A stretch of 64,000 nt of DNA from Thermofilaceae archaeon (GTDB taxonomy: Archaea > Thermoproteota > Thermoprotei > Thermofilales > Thermofilaceae). The stretch covers positions 57,626 to 121,625 of the forward strand of contig JAVYWK010000001.1 in the NCBI GenBank assembly GCA_038727095.1. Direction: 5' to 3'. Under the pieces are notes generated by a model. The model did not search any database, was not told where the DNA came from, and worked only from the letters and a program-made list of their open reading frames with translations. The position numbers and the translations under genes were made by a program. Positions 8,173 through 21,758 of the stretch are shown piece after piece; positions within the stretch are counted from its first letter, which is position 1, and each line of letters opens with the position of its first letter.

Positions 8173-10437
8173 CTATGCTTCTCCAGTTATTATAGCTTCG
8201 GCCAGCTCGCCCAGCAGCACGCGTACACCGTAGCTGCGGAAGGGGCTGGGGGGTTCGAACGTGAGGGCGGAGGCTTTCCAGAGGGCCTCCTTACCCGACC
8301 TCCTGGGATCGATTATGTACGTGCGCTCGTACGTGGTGACGACGATCGTCCCATCCAGCGAGAGGAGGGCTGTGGGAGCAACGTCCAGCTCGATGAGACC
8401 CTCGTCGCTCTCCAGCTTCACTGTAGCCCCCATGCGTACCCCCCTACCTCCTACGGGGATCACGTCGATTAGTCGGGCGATTGTCAGCTTGTGCTCCTTA
8501 ATCAGGTGCTTAGCTACGGCGAGCCTGGAGGCCTCGTCGAGCAGAGTCCAGTCCCTGATGATGAGCGGCTCGTCCGGGTTCCTGTAGAGAAGGAGCACGC
8601 GCGGGTTGCTGAGGGGGAAGGGCAGCCTGGCTCTAAGCTCCTTCAACCTCGCGCCGTCCAGCTCCGCCTCCAGCCACGCGCCCCTATCGATCACGCGAAT
8701 TTCGCCGGCATCGATCACTCTCAGGAGAGGGGGAGGATCAGGCCGCTCCCCGAGACCCCCTCTATCCTCGCCCAGCACGCGGCCGTCGCTCATCAGGATT
8801 GTCCGGTTCACGAACTTGTTCAATGTCGGCCTGTGCGATATCGCGACGACGGTCGTGTCCCTCAGGTAGCCGAGGAGCCTCGTTAGGATGACCTCCTCCA
8901 GCTCCACGTGGACGTTGCTCGTCGCTTCGTCGAGGATCAGAACCTTCGGCTTCAGCATCGCGGCTCTCGCTAGGCAGATGAGCTGGCGCTGGCCTCCAGA
9001 GAGGTACTTGCCCTGCTCGCCTACGTCGCTGTCGTAAGCGAGGGGGAGCTCAATGATGAACCGGTGCGCGCCGCACAGCCAGGCCGCGTAGATCATCGAG
9101 ATGGGGTCGGGGTCGTCAACGCCGTAGACGATGTTGTAGGCTACGCTGCCCGGCAGGAGCTGCGGCTCCTGGGGGACGAGAATGATCTGGCCCCTCAAGC
9201 TCGAGAGCTTCACCTTGCGAAGGTCGACCCCGTCGTAGAGCACCCTGCCGCTCGTCGGGTCGAAGAGCCTCACGAGCAGCCTGACCAGGGTCGTCTTACC
9301 CGACCCGTTGGGGCCGACGATCCCGACGACGTCGCCTGGCTTGATCGTGAGGTTGACGCCCTTCAGCACGGGCCTGCCGGGCGTGTACTCGAACCAAACG
9401 TCCTCGATCTCAATTCCGCCCCTAACCTCTAGCTCCACGGCGTCAGGGGCTTCGGAGACCTTCGGCTTTGCCTCGAGGATCTCGGCCAGCTTCTCGTAGG
9501 CTGCTTCAGCCTCGGCCAGCTGGGGGATAAGGCCGGCGATCGCCTGGACCGGGCCGTAAACCTGCCACACGTAGGCTAGGAAGGCGGTCAGGGTGCCGAA
9601 GGTCAGCTCGCCCCGCGTGATTAAGAGCCCGCCCACGAACGTTACTCCGACGGACGCCAGCTGGAGGAGGAAGCCGAGCCAGGGGAAGATCCTACTCGTG
9701 AGCCTGGCCACTTCAACCTCAGCCTCATAGACGTCGCCAGCCATGCTCCCGAAGCGGCGGGCCTCCTCCCTCTCCCTCCCCGTCAGCTTGACTAGGAGGA
9801 CCGCGTTGAAAAGCGAGGATACGTAGGCGGACATCCTGCTCACCCTGCTCCACCTCTTCGTGAAGAGCGTCCGCATCCTGGGTTGGTACCGGATGAGACC
9901 GTAGATGTAGAGAGGGAGGGGTAGCAGCATGATGAGCGCGAGCTTCCAGCTGAGCGCGAAAACCACGACGAGCATGGCAGCCAGCTGGATCGAGTTGAGC
10001 AGAATTGTGGAGAAGCTGTCGAGCACGAACCTCTGCACCCTATCCACGTACCCGTACAGGCGTGTCACAAGGTCCCCCACCTGGGTGGACTGGTACAGCT
10101 CCATGCCGAGCTCCATGGACTTGGAGAACACCATCGAGCGCAGGTCGAGCGCGAACCGGCCGCTTAAGACCTGCTGGTAGTAGCCCCTAAACGCGCCCAG
10201 CGCCGTGGCCACCGCCAGGATCAGAACGAGGACCCCCGAGTAGGCCACGATAACCCCGAAGTCCCCCCTCATGACGCCCTGGTCTATGATGGCCCTCGTA
10301 ACCAGCGGACTAACGATGCCCAAGCTCATGGAGATCAGGGAGAGTAGGAGGACTGCGACAAGCAGCCACCGATGCCGGAACAGTAGGTAGTAGAGGTTAA
10401 TGAACCTGTAGCGCTTCAGAAGCTTGGAGCTGAGCAC
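8173..10437 (-). CDS. ABC exporter (TMD+NBD) with C-terminal DUF1854-like extension
   Basis: Six-TM N-domain, GPNGSGKT, LSGGQRQ, ILDEATS, ISHR; tail ARLPFPLSNP...IRDWTLLDEASR resembles DUF1854. Confidence 0.88.
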   Translation of the reverse strand: MLSSKLLKRYRFINLYYLLFRHRWLLVAVLLLSLISMSLGIVSPLVTRAIIDQGVMRGDFGVIVAYSGVLVLILAVATALGAFRGYYQQVLSGRFALDLRSMVFSKSMELGMELYQSTQVGDLVTRLYGYVDRVQRFVLDSFSTILLNSIQLAAMLVVVFALSWKLALIMLLPLPLYIYGLIRYQPRMRTLFTKRWSRVSRMSAYVSSLFNAVLLVKLTGREREEARRFGSMAGDVYEAEVEVARLTSRIFPWLGFLLQLASVGVTFVGGLLITRGELTFGTLTAFLAYVWQVYGPVQAIAGLIPQLAEAEAAYEKLAEILEAKPKVSEAPDAVELEVRGGIEIEDVWFEYTPGRPVLKGVNLTIKPGDVVGIVGPNGSGKTTLVRLLVRLFDPTSGRVLYDGVDLRKVKLSSLRGQIILVPQEPQLLPGSVAYNIVYGVDDPDPISMIYAAWLCGAHRFIIELPLAYDSDVGEQGKYLSGGQRQLICLARAAMLKPKVLILDEATSNVHVELEEVILTRLLGYLRDTTVVAISHRPTLNKFVNRTILMSDGRVLGEDRGGLGERPDPPPLLRVIDAGEIRVIDRGAWLEAELDGARLKELRARLPFPLSNPRVLLLYRNPDEPLIIRDWTLLDEASRLAVAKHLIKEHKLTIARLIDVIPVGGRGVRMGATVKLESDEGLIELDVAPTALLSLDGTIVVTTYERTYIIDPRRSGKEALWKASALTFEPPSPFRSYGVRVLLGELAEAIITGEA

Positions 10438-10454
10438 GACGTTATAGCGTAAAC

Positions 10455-10470
10455 CGGTTATTTAAACTTC
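10455..10470 (-). promoter_or_regulatory. TATA box for the ABC-MtmB-SAF-UxaA unit
   Basis: Minus strand GAAGTTTAAATAACC about 25 nt upstream of the GTG start, consistent with a leaderless transcript. Confidence 0.55.
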
Positions 10471-10589
10471 ATCTCTAAAGAAAGTTAGTTATGATTGAGG
10501 GCTTTAGGCGCGTATAAAAGAGCTGGATAAGGAGAAGGTAGGCGCCGCTCATAGTTCGGCAGTGTTTACGCCCGAGCGAGTACGAACTC

Positions 10590-13676
<3,087 letters not shown>

Positions 13677-13842
13677 TCGCCCGTACTCGCTCGGTTAGCG
13701 TCACCGCCGAACTATGGGCGGCGCTCACAGCGACCAAGCTGGGCGAGCTTGGCCGCTCAGCCCTTCACCCGAGAGACTCCAGTCTCCCGGGTTGCATGTG
13801 AGAGAGCGAGGTTCGGCGCGGCACCCAAGGTTGAGGTTGGAA

Positions 13843-15352
<1,510 letters not shown>

Positions 15353-15545
15353 CGCAAGGCGGGGGAGCTTTATCAACCTTAGGTGCCGCGCCGAACCTCT
15401 CTTAGACCCGAACCTCCAAGCCCCCCTCGCCGAGGGCTTGGTTTGTTCGGGCCCGCACGTTGTCACCGCGGCTGGAGGCCACGCCTTCACGGGGAGAGGG
15501 CACTCCTCTCCCATTATCCGGGTGAGCCGCCGAAGCCGCGGCGCA

Positions 15546-16265
15546 TTATACCTGGCGTAACGCGGACTTAAATATTTTACTCCCGTTGAGCACCTTGGTT
15601 AGCCCGAGTAGAGCTCTCACAGTGGCGTTACATAAGGTTGGTGAGGAGAGCAGGGCCCATTCCACCACTTCCCTCGCTCGGGATCTCTCAAACAGGATTC
15701 GCCCCTCTCGCGCAACCGATGGGAAGAGCTGGAAAAGCTCACTGAAGCTAACTGCACCAAGCGGGTAAGCGACCCTGTATTGCGTGTCCAGCTTTATCCC
15801 CCTACGATCCCCGAGGAAGACTTCACCCAATGCATAAGCTGCCAAATCCTCTACCGTGTCGGGGAGTACCACAAGAGCGTCCTTGTAGCCGCTTATGTGG
15901 GGTAGAACTGATAAACGGAAACCAGTGTAGGTTTCGTAGTTTGCTTCATAGAACTCGTAATCCAGCTTTAGAGTCGTACATCTGCCTTGAAGAACTGGGC
16001 GCGCACCCACCTCGATGACCCGGATGGTCACATCGTAACCCTTCTCTACACTCGTTACGAGCTCTAGTGCCGCTAGCGATTGCGCATCGCTTCTACCCAC
16101 CAGTAGGATGCTATCTCTGGGGTGGGGGGAGGCCATCCTGAGCCATCGGAGAACCCTGCCTACCACCGATCTCTTCAGGCAGCCTTGGCACAGCGCTGCT
16201 CCGTACATATCCACGCAGCACGCCCGTTTACCGCAGCGTTCGCACAGCCTGTTCGCAGGAAGCAT
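15546..16265 (-). CDS. Degenerate TtcA/TtuA/Ncs6-like protein (zinc finger retained, PP-loop lost)
   Basis: CERC...LCQGC N-terminus; LPDTVEDLAAYALGEVFLGD resembles the GHNLDD...NFLRG motif; no SGGKDS. Confidence 0.55.
   Translation of the reverse strand: MLPANRLCERCGKRACCVDMYGAALCQGCLKRSVVGRVLRWLRMASPHPRDSILLVGRSDAQSLAALELVTSVEKGYDVTIRVIEVGARPVLQGRCTTLKLDYEFYEANYETYTGFRLSVLPHISGYKDALVVLPDTVEDLAAYALGEVFLGDRRGIKLDTQYRVAYPLGAVSFSELFQLFPSVAREGRILFERSRAREVVEWALLSSPTLCNATVRALLGLTKVLNGSKIFKSALRQV
15565..15580 (-). promoter_or_regulatory. Putative rRNA operon promoter (BRE/TATA)
   Basis: Minus strand GTAAAATATTTAAG just upstream of the GC-rich structured leader. Confidence 0.55.
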
Positions 16266-16424
16266 GGTGTGTGGAACCGGCTATACAGTGCACCTAAAGC
16301 TTTCTCTCGATGCTCAGCAGTCGCCGCACGTAGATTCATGAGCGAGGCGGCAACTGTACCGGGCTTTCAGCAGGTTTCATCGCAGGCGTAGAGCATATTA
16401 CTCGCTATCCACTGTAGGGCCTGG

Positions 16425-16778
16425 ATGCGTTTCTACAAGCTGAGTAACCCGGGAGGATTGCAAGCTGTGAAAGCGGCGCTAGAGGCCCTTGACTCGTGGG
16501 TGCAAGCGGACTCCGAAGGAGGGGTTAGGGTTGTAAAGATCGAGCGCATCAGGACGACCCCGGGGATGCTTGAAGCACTCGTCAGGATCTCGTATAAGGC
16601 CCGTTCACGCCGCGCGTGGAGCGACCTCTTCATGCTAGAGGCTCAGCAGGTTGGACTGGAGTTGTTTCTCGAGGTTCATAGGATTAGTGGAATAGGGCGC
16701 ACAGATCCCGACTTCCTGGTCGACAGCCTAGCTAAGCGGTTGGCTCTTCAAGCAGTAGATGATACCGGCGTCAACTAG
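16425..16778 (+). CDS. Hypothetical protein
   Basis: 117-aa ATG ORF filling the gap, convergent overlap with the UbiD gene. Confidence 0.65.
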   Translation: MRFYKLSNPGGLQAVKAALEALDSWVQADSEGGVRVVKIERIRTTPGMLEALVRISYKARSRRAWSDLFMLEAQQVGLELFLEVHRISGIGRTDPDFLVDSLAKRLALQAVDDTGVN

Positions 16779-18081
16779 GATAGGGTATGCGAGCGCGTAG
16801 GAAAGCTTTCTTGTCCCTCGTGAGGGGTATTGTAGCGTCGATACCCAACTTCGAAGTGGTCAAGTCCTCCGGATCGGCTGTAGGGTCGAGGCTCGAACCC
16901 CTGAATCCTTGAAGCACGATTAAGTCCTCAGCTGGCTGCATGCGCGTCGTTATGGCCCATAAGAGCTCGTTCGGATCATCGACGTTCACATCCTCGTCCA
17001 CCACTATCGCGATCTTTAGGGAGGGATGTGCGGCGAACGCCGCCAGCAAAGCGTTCTTGGCGTCCCCATCGGCGCTCTTCGATATTGATACTGCTGCCAT
17101 AAGCCAGCCCCCGCCAGCCTCTAGCAGTCTGACAGCTTTGACTCGGGGAACCACCTTTCTGACGCTGTCCCAAATCAAAGCCTCCCTGTAAAAGCCCATT
17201 AGTAGCGCGTGCTCGCGCCCCCCTTGGAGTATCGCATAGTAGAGAGCATCCTCTCTCACCAGCACTTCCTTCACTTCGAGGACTGGCTGCACTCTCACAG
17301 CATCAAGAGTTCCTAGAACATCGACGAAAGGACCTTCGGGGGCGCTCACATCTGTCCTGAGCTCGCCGATAATGATTATTTCGGATTCCAGCGGGACGGG
17401 AATACCGTTTTCGGTTTCGAACGCCCTAAGCTTACCTTCCATCATGGCGTTCGCAACCTCGAGTTCGAATACCCCGTAGGGAGGTGATGATGCCGCGGCC
17501 ACGTACACTTCTGGCGGAGATCCGATAACGACAGCGACGGGGAAGTTTACGCCAGCCTTCCGGGCTTTCTCAAGGATGTAGTAGAGGTGGCGGGGAACAA
17601 CTCTTACGGCCAAGTGCCTTCCATCTATCACTAGCATGCGATGTATGCTGGCGTTGAGCACCTCCCCTCCTGGCTCCCTCGCGATGATTATTGCAGAGGT
17701 GATGTAGGGGCCCGCTTCGCCTTCGTAGCTGCGCAGCACGGGCAATCGCTCGATGCCGCTGAACCTCTTGAATCCCCCGGGTGCTCCCTCAATCTTCAGC
17801 GGTAAAGGGTTGTTAACGGCTCTGAGGAGCTTAGAGAATGCCTGCTCATCTCCCGTTGCGTTCAGAAGCTTATAGAGTACGCTGCGATTGGTGATGACGT
17901 TGCCGACGATTGGTATCTCGTAGCCCTTAGGCTTCTCGAAGAGGACGCCTTTGGAGCCGTCAAACACCTTTAACCAGTACGCGCACTCGTAATCCGTTGA
18001 CACCGGCTGAAGGATGCGATGCAGCAAACCCTCTGCTTCTAACCGTTCCACGAAGCCCCTGAGCCTTACCAACTCCGACAC
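16771..18081 (-). CDS. UbiD family (de)carboxylase, possibly anhydromevalonate phosphate decarboxylase
   Basis: NASIHRM, PEGPFVD, VVDEDV, GSSLDP, KLGIDAT. Confidence 0.9.
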   Translation of the reverse strand: MSELVRLRGFVERLEAEGLLHRILQPVSTDYECAYWLKVFDGSKGVLFEKPKGYEIPIVGNVITNRSVLYKLLNATGDEQAFSKLLRAVNNPLPLKIEGAPGGFKRFSGIERLPVLRSYEGEAGPYITSAIIIAREPGGEVLNASIHRMLVIDGRHLAVRVVPRHLYYILEKARKAGVNFPVAVVIGSPPEVYVAAASSPPYGVFELEVANAMMEGKLRAFETENGIPVPLESEIIIIGELRTDVSAPEGPFVDVLGTLDAVRVQPVLEVKEVLVREDALYYAILQGGREHALLMGFYREALIWDSVRKVVPRVKAVRLLEAGGGWLMAAVSISKSADGDAKNALLAAFAAHPSLKIAIVVDEDVNVDDPNELLWAITTRMQPAEDLIVLQGFRGSSLDPTADPEDLTTSKLGIDATIPLTRDKKAFLRARIPYPS

Positions 18082-18549
18082 CTACCGGCTAGCTCTTTCC
18101 TCCCTGAGCGGCCTAACGTAATCGGCGCTTATCGTAATGGGCAGCGGGTATGCAGCTTCGGTGACTTCCACTTTCACTTCACCCCGGCTCTTATCTACCT
18201 CCAGCACCCGCCCCCTCATGCCTAGGAAGGGACCCCCTGTGATTTCGACTAGATCTCCAACCTGAATCACCTCGATCATGGGCCTCGGAGCTATGAGCCG
18301 CTCAAGCTCCTGGAACTCCATGCTACCCCTCATAAGCCCGCGCACATGCTTCAGACCTGCAGACATTCTCTGAACGACATGTGATCCTTCCGCTTCCGCC
18401 ACTATGACTCCCCGCAAGCCGGGTAGTATGCACAGCGACAGCACTGGCAGATGAGCCAGTTTTACACGCTCCTCCATTAGAAGGGCCATCATCACCTCTT
18501 GCCCCTGCGTAACTCGGATGCCGTAGAAGCGAAACCGTCTAGCGCTCAC
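18082..18549 (-). CDS. spt5: Transcription elongation factor Spt5 (NusG)
   Basis: NGN domain plus KOW GDLVEITGGPFLG. Confidence 0.93.
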   Translation of the reverse strand: MSARRFRFYGIRVTQGQEVMMALLMEERVKLAHLPVLSLCILPGLRGVIVAEAEGSHVVQRMSAGLKHVRGLMRGSMEFQELERLIAPRPMIEVIQVGDLVEITGGPFLGMRGRVLEVDKSRGEVKVEVTEAAYPLPITISADYVRPLREERASR

Positions 18550-18584
18550 GGAGTTCCTATCGCCCCCCTATGAAAAGCTATTCG

Positions 18585-18842
18585 CTAGTACCGCCGGCGC
18601 AGATATAGAACCACAGCGAGTGTAACAGCGGCTACCACTGCTAAAACTACAACTAGAACATCACCAGAGATGGGGGATACGCTCACCATCCGGAGCGCAG
18701 AGCCTGCGAGCTGAAACACGTACCCTATGGCCCCCAGTAGGGACAAGCCGAGCGCTACGATTCTAAGCGAGGCACGGTAAGTTTTCTTATCGGGTCGTTT
18801 AGTGATCCTCAACGTACGCACGAAATTTTTTACGAAGCTCAT
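18585..18842 (-). CDS. secE: Protein translocase SecE/Sec61 gamma with an extra TM helix
   Basis: RTLRITKRPDKKTY...GLSLLGAIGY; position between ftsY and spt5. Confidence 0.85.
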   Translation of the reverse strand: MSFVKNFVRTLRITKRPDKKTYRASLRIVALGLSLLGAIGYVFQLAGSALRMVSVSPISGDVLVVVLAVVAAVTLAVVLYLRRRY

Positions 18843-18867
18843 GGCTGTGCTCAGGCCTGCGAGTGTT

Positions 18868-19803
18868 TTAAGCTTTCAAGTTTTCGGTTAGAAGGAACCT
18901 GAGTACAGCCTTTGCGGAGTGCAACCTGTTTTCAGCCTGGTCGAAGACGATCGAGTAAGGCCCTTCGATCACTTCATCCTCTACCTCCTCCCCTCTCCGG
19001 GCGGGTAGGCAGTGCATGAAGACCGCATCGCTCCTCGCGCTTTTCATCAGCTCAGGAGTGACCCTGTACCCCGGTAGGAATGCTTTCAATCGGTCCTCCC
19101 GTTCAGCTTCCTGCCCCATGGAGACGAAAACGTCAGTGTACACAACGTGGGCTCCCTTGACGGCTTCGAACGGGTCTTCATACACTTCAATACTGCCTCT
19201 AACCTCCTTTGCAGCCCGTATGAGCGCGGGAACATCGGGCTGGTACTGAGGGGGGCTAGCTACCCGAATCTCGCTGCCGAGCTTCAAGCCCGCTACAGCC
19301 AAGGAGGTGAAGACGTTATCGCGACCATCACCGATGAAAGCTATCCTCACGTCGTCTACGCGACCGAACTTCTCGAAGATCGTCGCGTAATCTGCTATCG
19401 CTTGCAGAGGGTGCTCCTTATCGCTGAGCAGATTGATCACCGGAACGCTGGAGAAACGAGTAAACTCTTCCAACACCTCGTGCTTGTAAACGCGCGCGGC
19501 TATAGCGTCGTGATACCTTGACAGCACTCTGGCGGTATCCTTCACCGGCTCCCCTCGAGCGAGCTGCAGTTCCTCACGGGTATACACTATAGGTAAGCCA
19601 CCCATCTCGTAGACAGCTACTGCGAAGGAAGCCCGAGTCCGGGTCGAGGGTTTTTCAAAGAGCATGGCAACACTCCGCCCCTGCAGCTCTCCTGTGAGCC
19701 TAACCCCCCTTGCCCTAAGCCTCTTGTACTCGAGGGAGAGCTCAATAATGCGAAGGATCCCCTCCCTCGTGAGATCGCTAATGCTGATGAGATGCCGAGC
19801 CAC
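18868..19803 (-). CDS. argF: Ornithine carbamoyltransferase
   Basis: STRTR, HPLQ, SMG, HCLP, QAENR. Confidence 0.95.
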   Translation of the reverse strand: MARHLISISDLTREGILRIIELSLEYKRLRARGVRLTGELQGRSVAMLFEKPSTRTRASFAVAVYEMGGLPIVYTREELQLARGEPVKDTARVLSRYHDAIAARVYKHEVLEEFTRFSSVPVINLLSDKEHPLQAIADYATIFEKFGRVDDVRIAFIGDGRDNVFTSLAVAGLKLGSEIRVASPPQYQPDVPALIRAAKEVRGSIEVYEDPFEAVKGAHVVYTDVFVSMGQEAEREDRLKAFLPGYRVTPELMKSARSDAVFMHCLPARRGEEVEDEVIEGPYSIVFDQAENRLHSAKAVLRFLLTENLKA

Positions 19804-19833
19804 GGCGGGAGGATGCCCCCCGCTCTTTAGGTG

Positions 19834-20742
19834 TTACGCTTGCAAGATTCTTTCCAGGAACCAGTCCACTGAGAAAGGCGTTAAATCGGAGTACGCTTGC
19901 CCGGTCCCCAGGTACAGTATTGGCTTGCCCGTAGCGTATACAAAGCTCAGCGCAGCGCCGCCCTTCGTGTCGGCATCCACCTTCGTCAGTATGCCCCCAT
20001 CTACTCCAACGTACTGGTTGAACTTGAGCGCTTGATCAAGTGCGTCGTTGCCCGTTAAAGCATCACCAACAAAAATCTTGTAGTGAGGCTTAACGACTCG
20101 CGCTATCTTCGCCATCTCTTCCATCAAGTTTATGTCGGTCTGCAGACGCCCAGCAGTATCGATGAGCACCAGATCCAGGCCGCGCTTTCGAGCGTAGGCT
20201 ACAGCATCGTAAGCTACTGCCGCGGGATCAGACCCGTAACCGTGCTCCACGATGTCCGCTCCAACAGCCCTAGCGTGAGCTCTCAACTGCTCGATCGCCC
20301 CCGCTCTCCACGTATCTGCTGCCGCGAAAACCACCGAGTATCCCTTCGTCTTGAACCTGTACCCGAGCTTCGCCAGTGTGGTTGTCTTCCCGTGTCCGTT
20401 AGGTCCCAGGAACAGTATCCTAATGACTTCACCTGAGGAGCGCAGCCTTGCAACCTCTTGCTCTAAATCGAACCACTCGGCTCTTTCAAAAATCTTCAGC
20501 AGTGCGTTGCGGAGCAGTTCTCTCACAAGCTTCTCTCGATCCCCTGCCCTAGGCACTCGCAGCTGACCCGCTTCACTTCTCACATGCTGGGCGACTTCTT
20601 CAGCCGCCTCGAGGGCCACGTCGCACTCTAAAAGCTTGTACACAGTGATGGATTCGATCTCCTCCAATTCCTCTTCAGATAGCTTAGAAGTGGTAATCCT
20701 CGTAGCGATTTGATGCAAGACGCTTTTTAACCCCTCAAGCAT
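19834..20742 (-). CDS. ftsY: SRP receptor FtsY
   Basis: GPNGHGKTTT, DTWRAGA, DTAGR, TKVD, GTGQ. Confidence 0.95.
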   Translation of the reverse strand: MLEGLKSVLHQIATRITTSKLSEEELEEIESITVYKLLECDVALEAAEEVAQHVRSEAGQLRVPRAGDREKLVRELLRNALLKIFERAEWFDLEQEVARLRSSGEVIRILFLGPNGHGKTTTLAKLGYRFKTKGYSVVFAAADTWRAGAIEQLRAHARAVGADIVEHGYGSDPAAVAYDAVAYARKRGLDLVLIDTAGRLQTDINLMEEMAKIARVVKPHYKIFVGDALTGNDALDQALKFNQYVGVDGGILTKVDADTKGGAALSFVYATGKPILYLGTGQAYSDLTPFSVDWFLERILQA

Positions 20743-20815
20743 GTAATACCCCTCCCTTGTTTCTTTCTTTCGCGGGGGATCTTGCTTCCGGTCCTTTGAG
20801 CATGGAGAGCCAATA

Positions 20816-21226
20816 CTACCTGCTCATGCTCCGTATCTGCTGCTCAAGCTCTTGCAATCGGTTGAGCAACGCTTGGTACTCAGCCATGCTCCTCTGCAGA
20901 GCGTCTCTAATCTGCTGTTCCCTGCTTCCGACAATCTTTAGGGCTTCATCCACGTTTTTCTCTATCATTATGTTGGCTCCGATTGTCACCACCACACTAC
21001 TCTTATTCGCGAGCTTCACGCGTACAAAAACCCCAGCACCAAGGGGTACCAGCAGCTCGTCACCCTCGTTGAGATTCTGGGTTTCCTCTAGCGCTCGTCT
21101 CGCTGCTGCAATCTCGTTTATGCTCGCGTTCAAAAGCTCAATCCTCTTCCTCATTTCCTCGGCAAGTTGGCTCACCAGCGTGTACTCGGCTACCAGCTGC
21201 TCCCTTTGAGCGCCAGCTTCAGCCAT
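20816..21226 (-). CDS. pfdA: Prefoldin alpha subunit
   Basis: Coiled coil with LVPLGAGVFV...VTIGAN hairpins. Confidence 0.93.
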   Translation of the reverse strand: MAEAGAQREQLVAEYTLVSQLAEEMRKRIELLNASINEIAAARRALEETQNLNEGDELLVPLGAGVFVRVKLANKSSVVVTIGANIMIEKNVDEALKIVGSREQQIRDALQRSMAEYQALLNRLQELEQQIRSMSR

Positions 21227-21236
21227 GACTTACACC

Positions 21237-21494
21237 TTAAGCCACAACCCTATCCAGGTTCAGTAGGCTTGCCACATGTGGCTTGCTGATCTCACTCTCC
21301 TGTATCTCGCGGGCTTCGACTATTTCTATGTGAGATCTTTTCAGTTTGTGGCGGGAGCCGAGCTCACTTAGCACTCGTTCAATAGCGTGTTCGAGCTTCA
21401 AAGCAGGCACCTCTGCCACGAACTTCCTCCTCTCGCCAACCCTGTACAACTTCATGAAGCCAACAATTCTAAACACCTTAACCTCTCGAGCCAT
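21237..21494 (-). CDS. rpl18a: 50S ribosomal protein L18Ae (LX)
   Basis: VKVFRIVG...ELGSRHKLKRSHIEI. Confidence 0.92.
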   Translation of the reverse strand: MAREVKVFRIVGFMKLYRVGERRKFVAEVPALKLEHAIERVLSELGSRHKLKRSHIEIVEAREIQESEISKPHVASLLNLDRVVA

Positions 21495-21580
21495 TGCAGG
21501 TAACCCCATAGAGATATGTTTAAGGTCTTTTCCCTCGACTAGTGCCCCTTCGAGTAGTATGGAAGTGCTAAGTTTAGCGA

Positions 21581-21706
21581 TGGTGCGGGGGCCGGGATTC
21601 GAACCCGGGCAGGCCTACGCCAGCGGAGATCCCATCCGCAGTCTGCTGATCCTGAGTCTGGGCCTTAGGGTGACCGCCCCCTTTGACCTAGCTCGGGCAC
21701 CCCCGC
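21581..21706 (-). tRNA. tRNA-Leu(CAG) with two introns (16 nt near position 30, about 21658-21673; 22 nt at 37/38, 21629-21650), CCA encoded
   Basis: GCGGGGG acceptor, long variable arm TGGCGTAGGCCT, T loop TTCGAAT; anticodon arm GCGGA-CTCAGGC-TCCGC rebuilt after intron removal; BHB helix CTCA/TGGG. Confidence 0.88.
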
Positions 21707-21758
21707 TAGAGTGAGTGGCTCAACAGTGGTTTAAAAGCCTCGCGTTAATGTGCGCACG

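Noticed and set aside
16314-16383. 10-bp hairpin with C-box-like and CTGA motifs on the minus strand; 11-nt match to 23S on the plus strand
   Set aside because: Box spacing fits neither C/D nor H/ACA architecture and the strand evidence conflicts
20743-20815. Short ORF and GGACCGGAAG SRP-like motif upstream of ftsY
   Set aside because: No supporting helix or recognisable peptide, so probably chance
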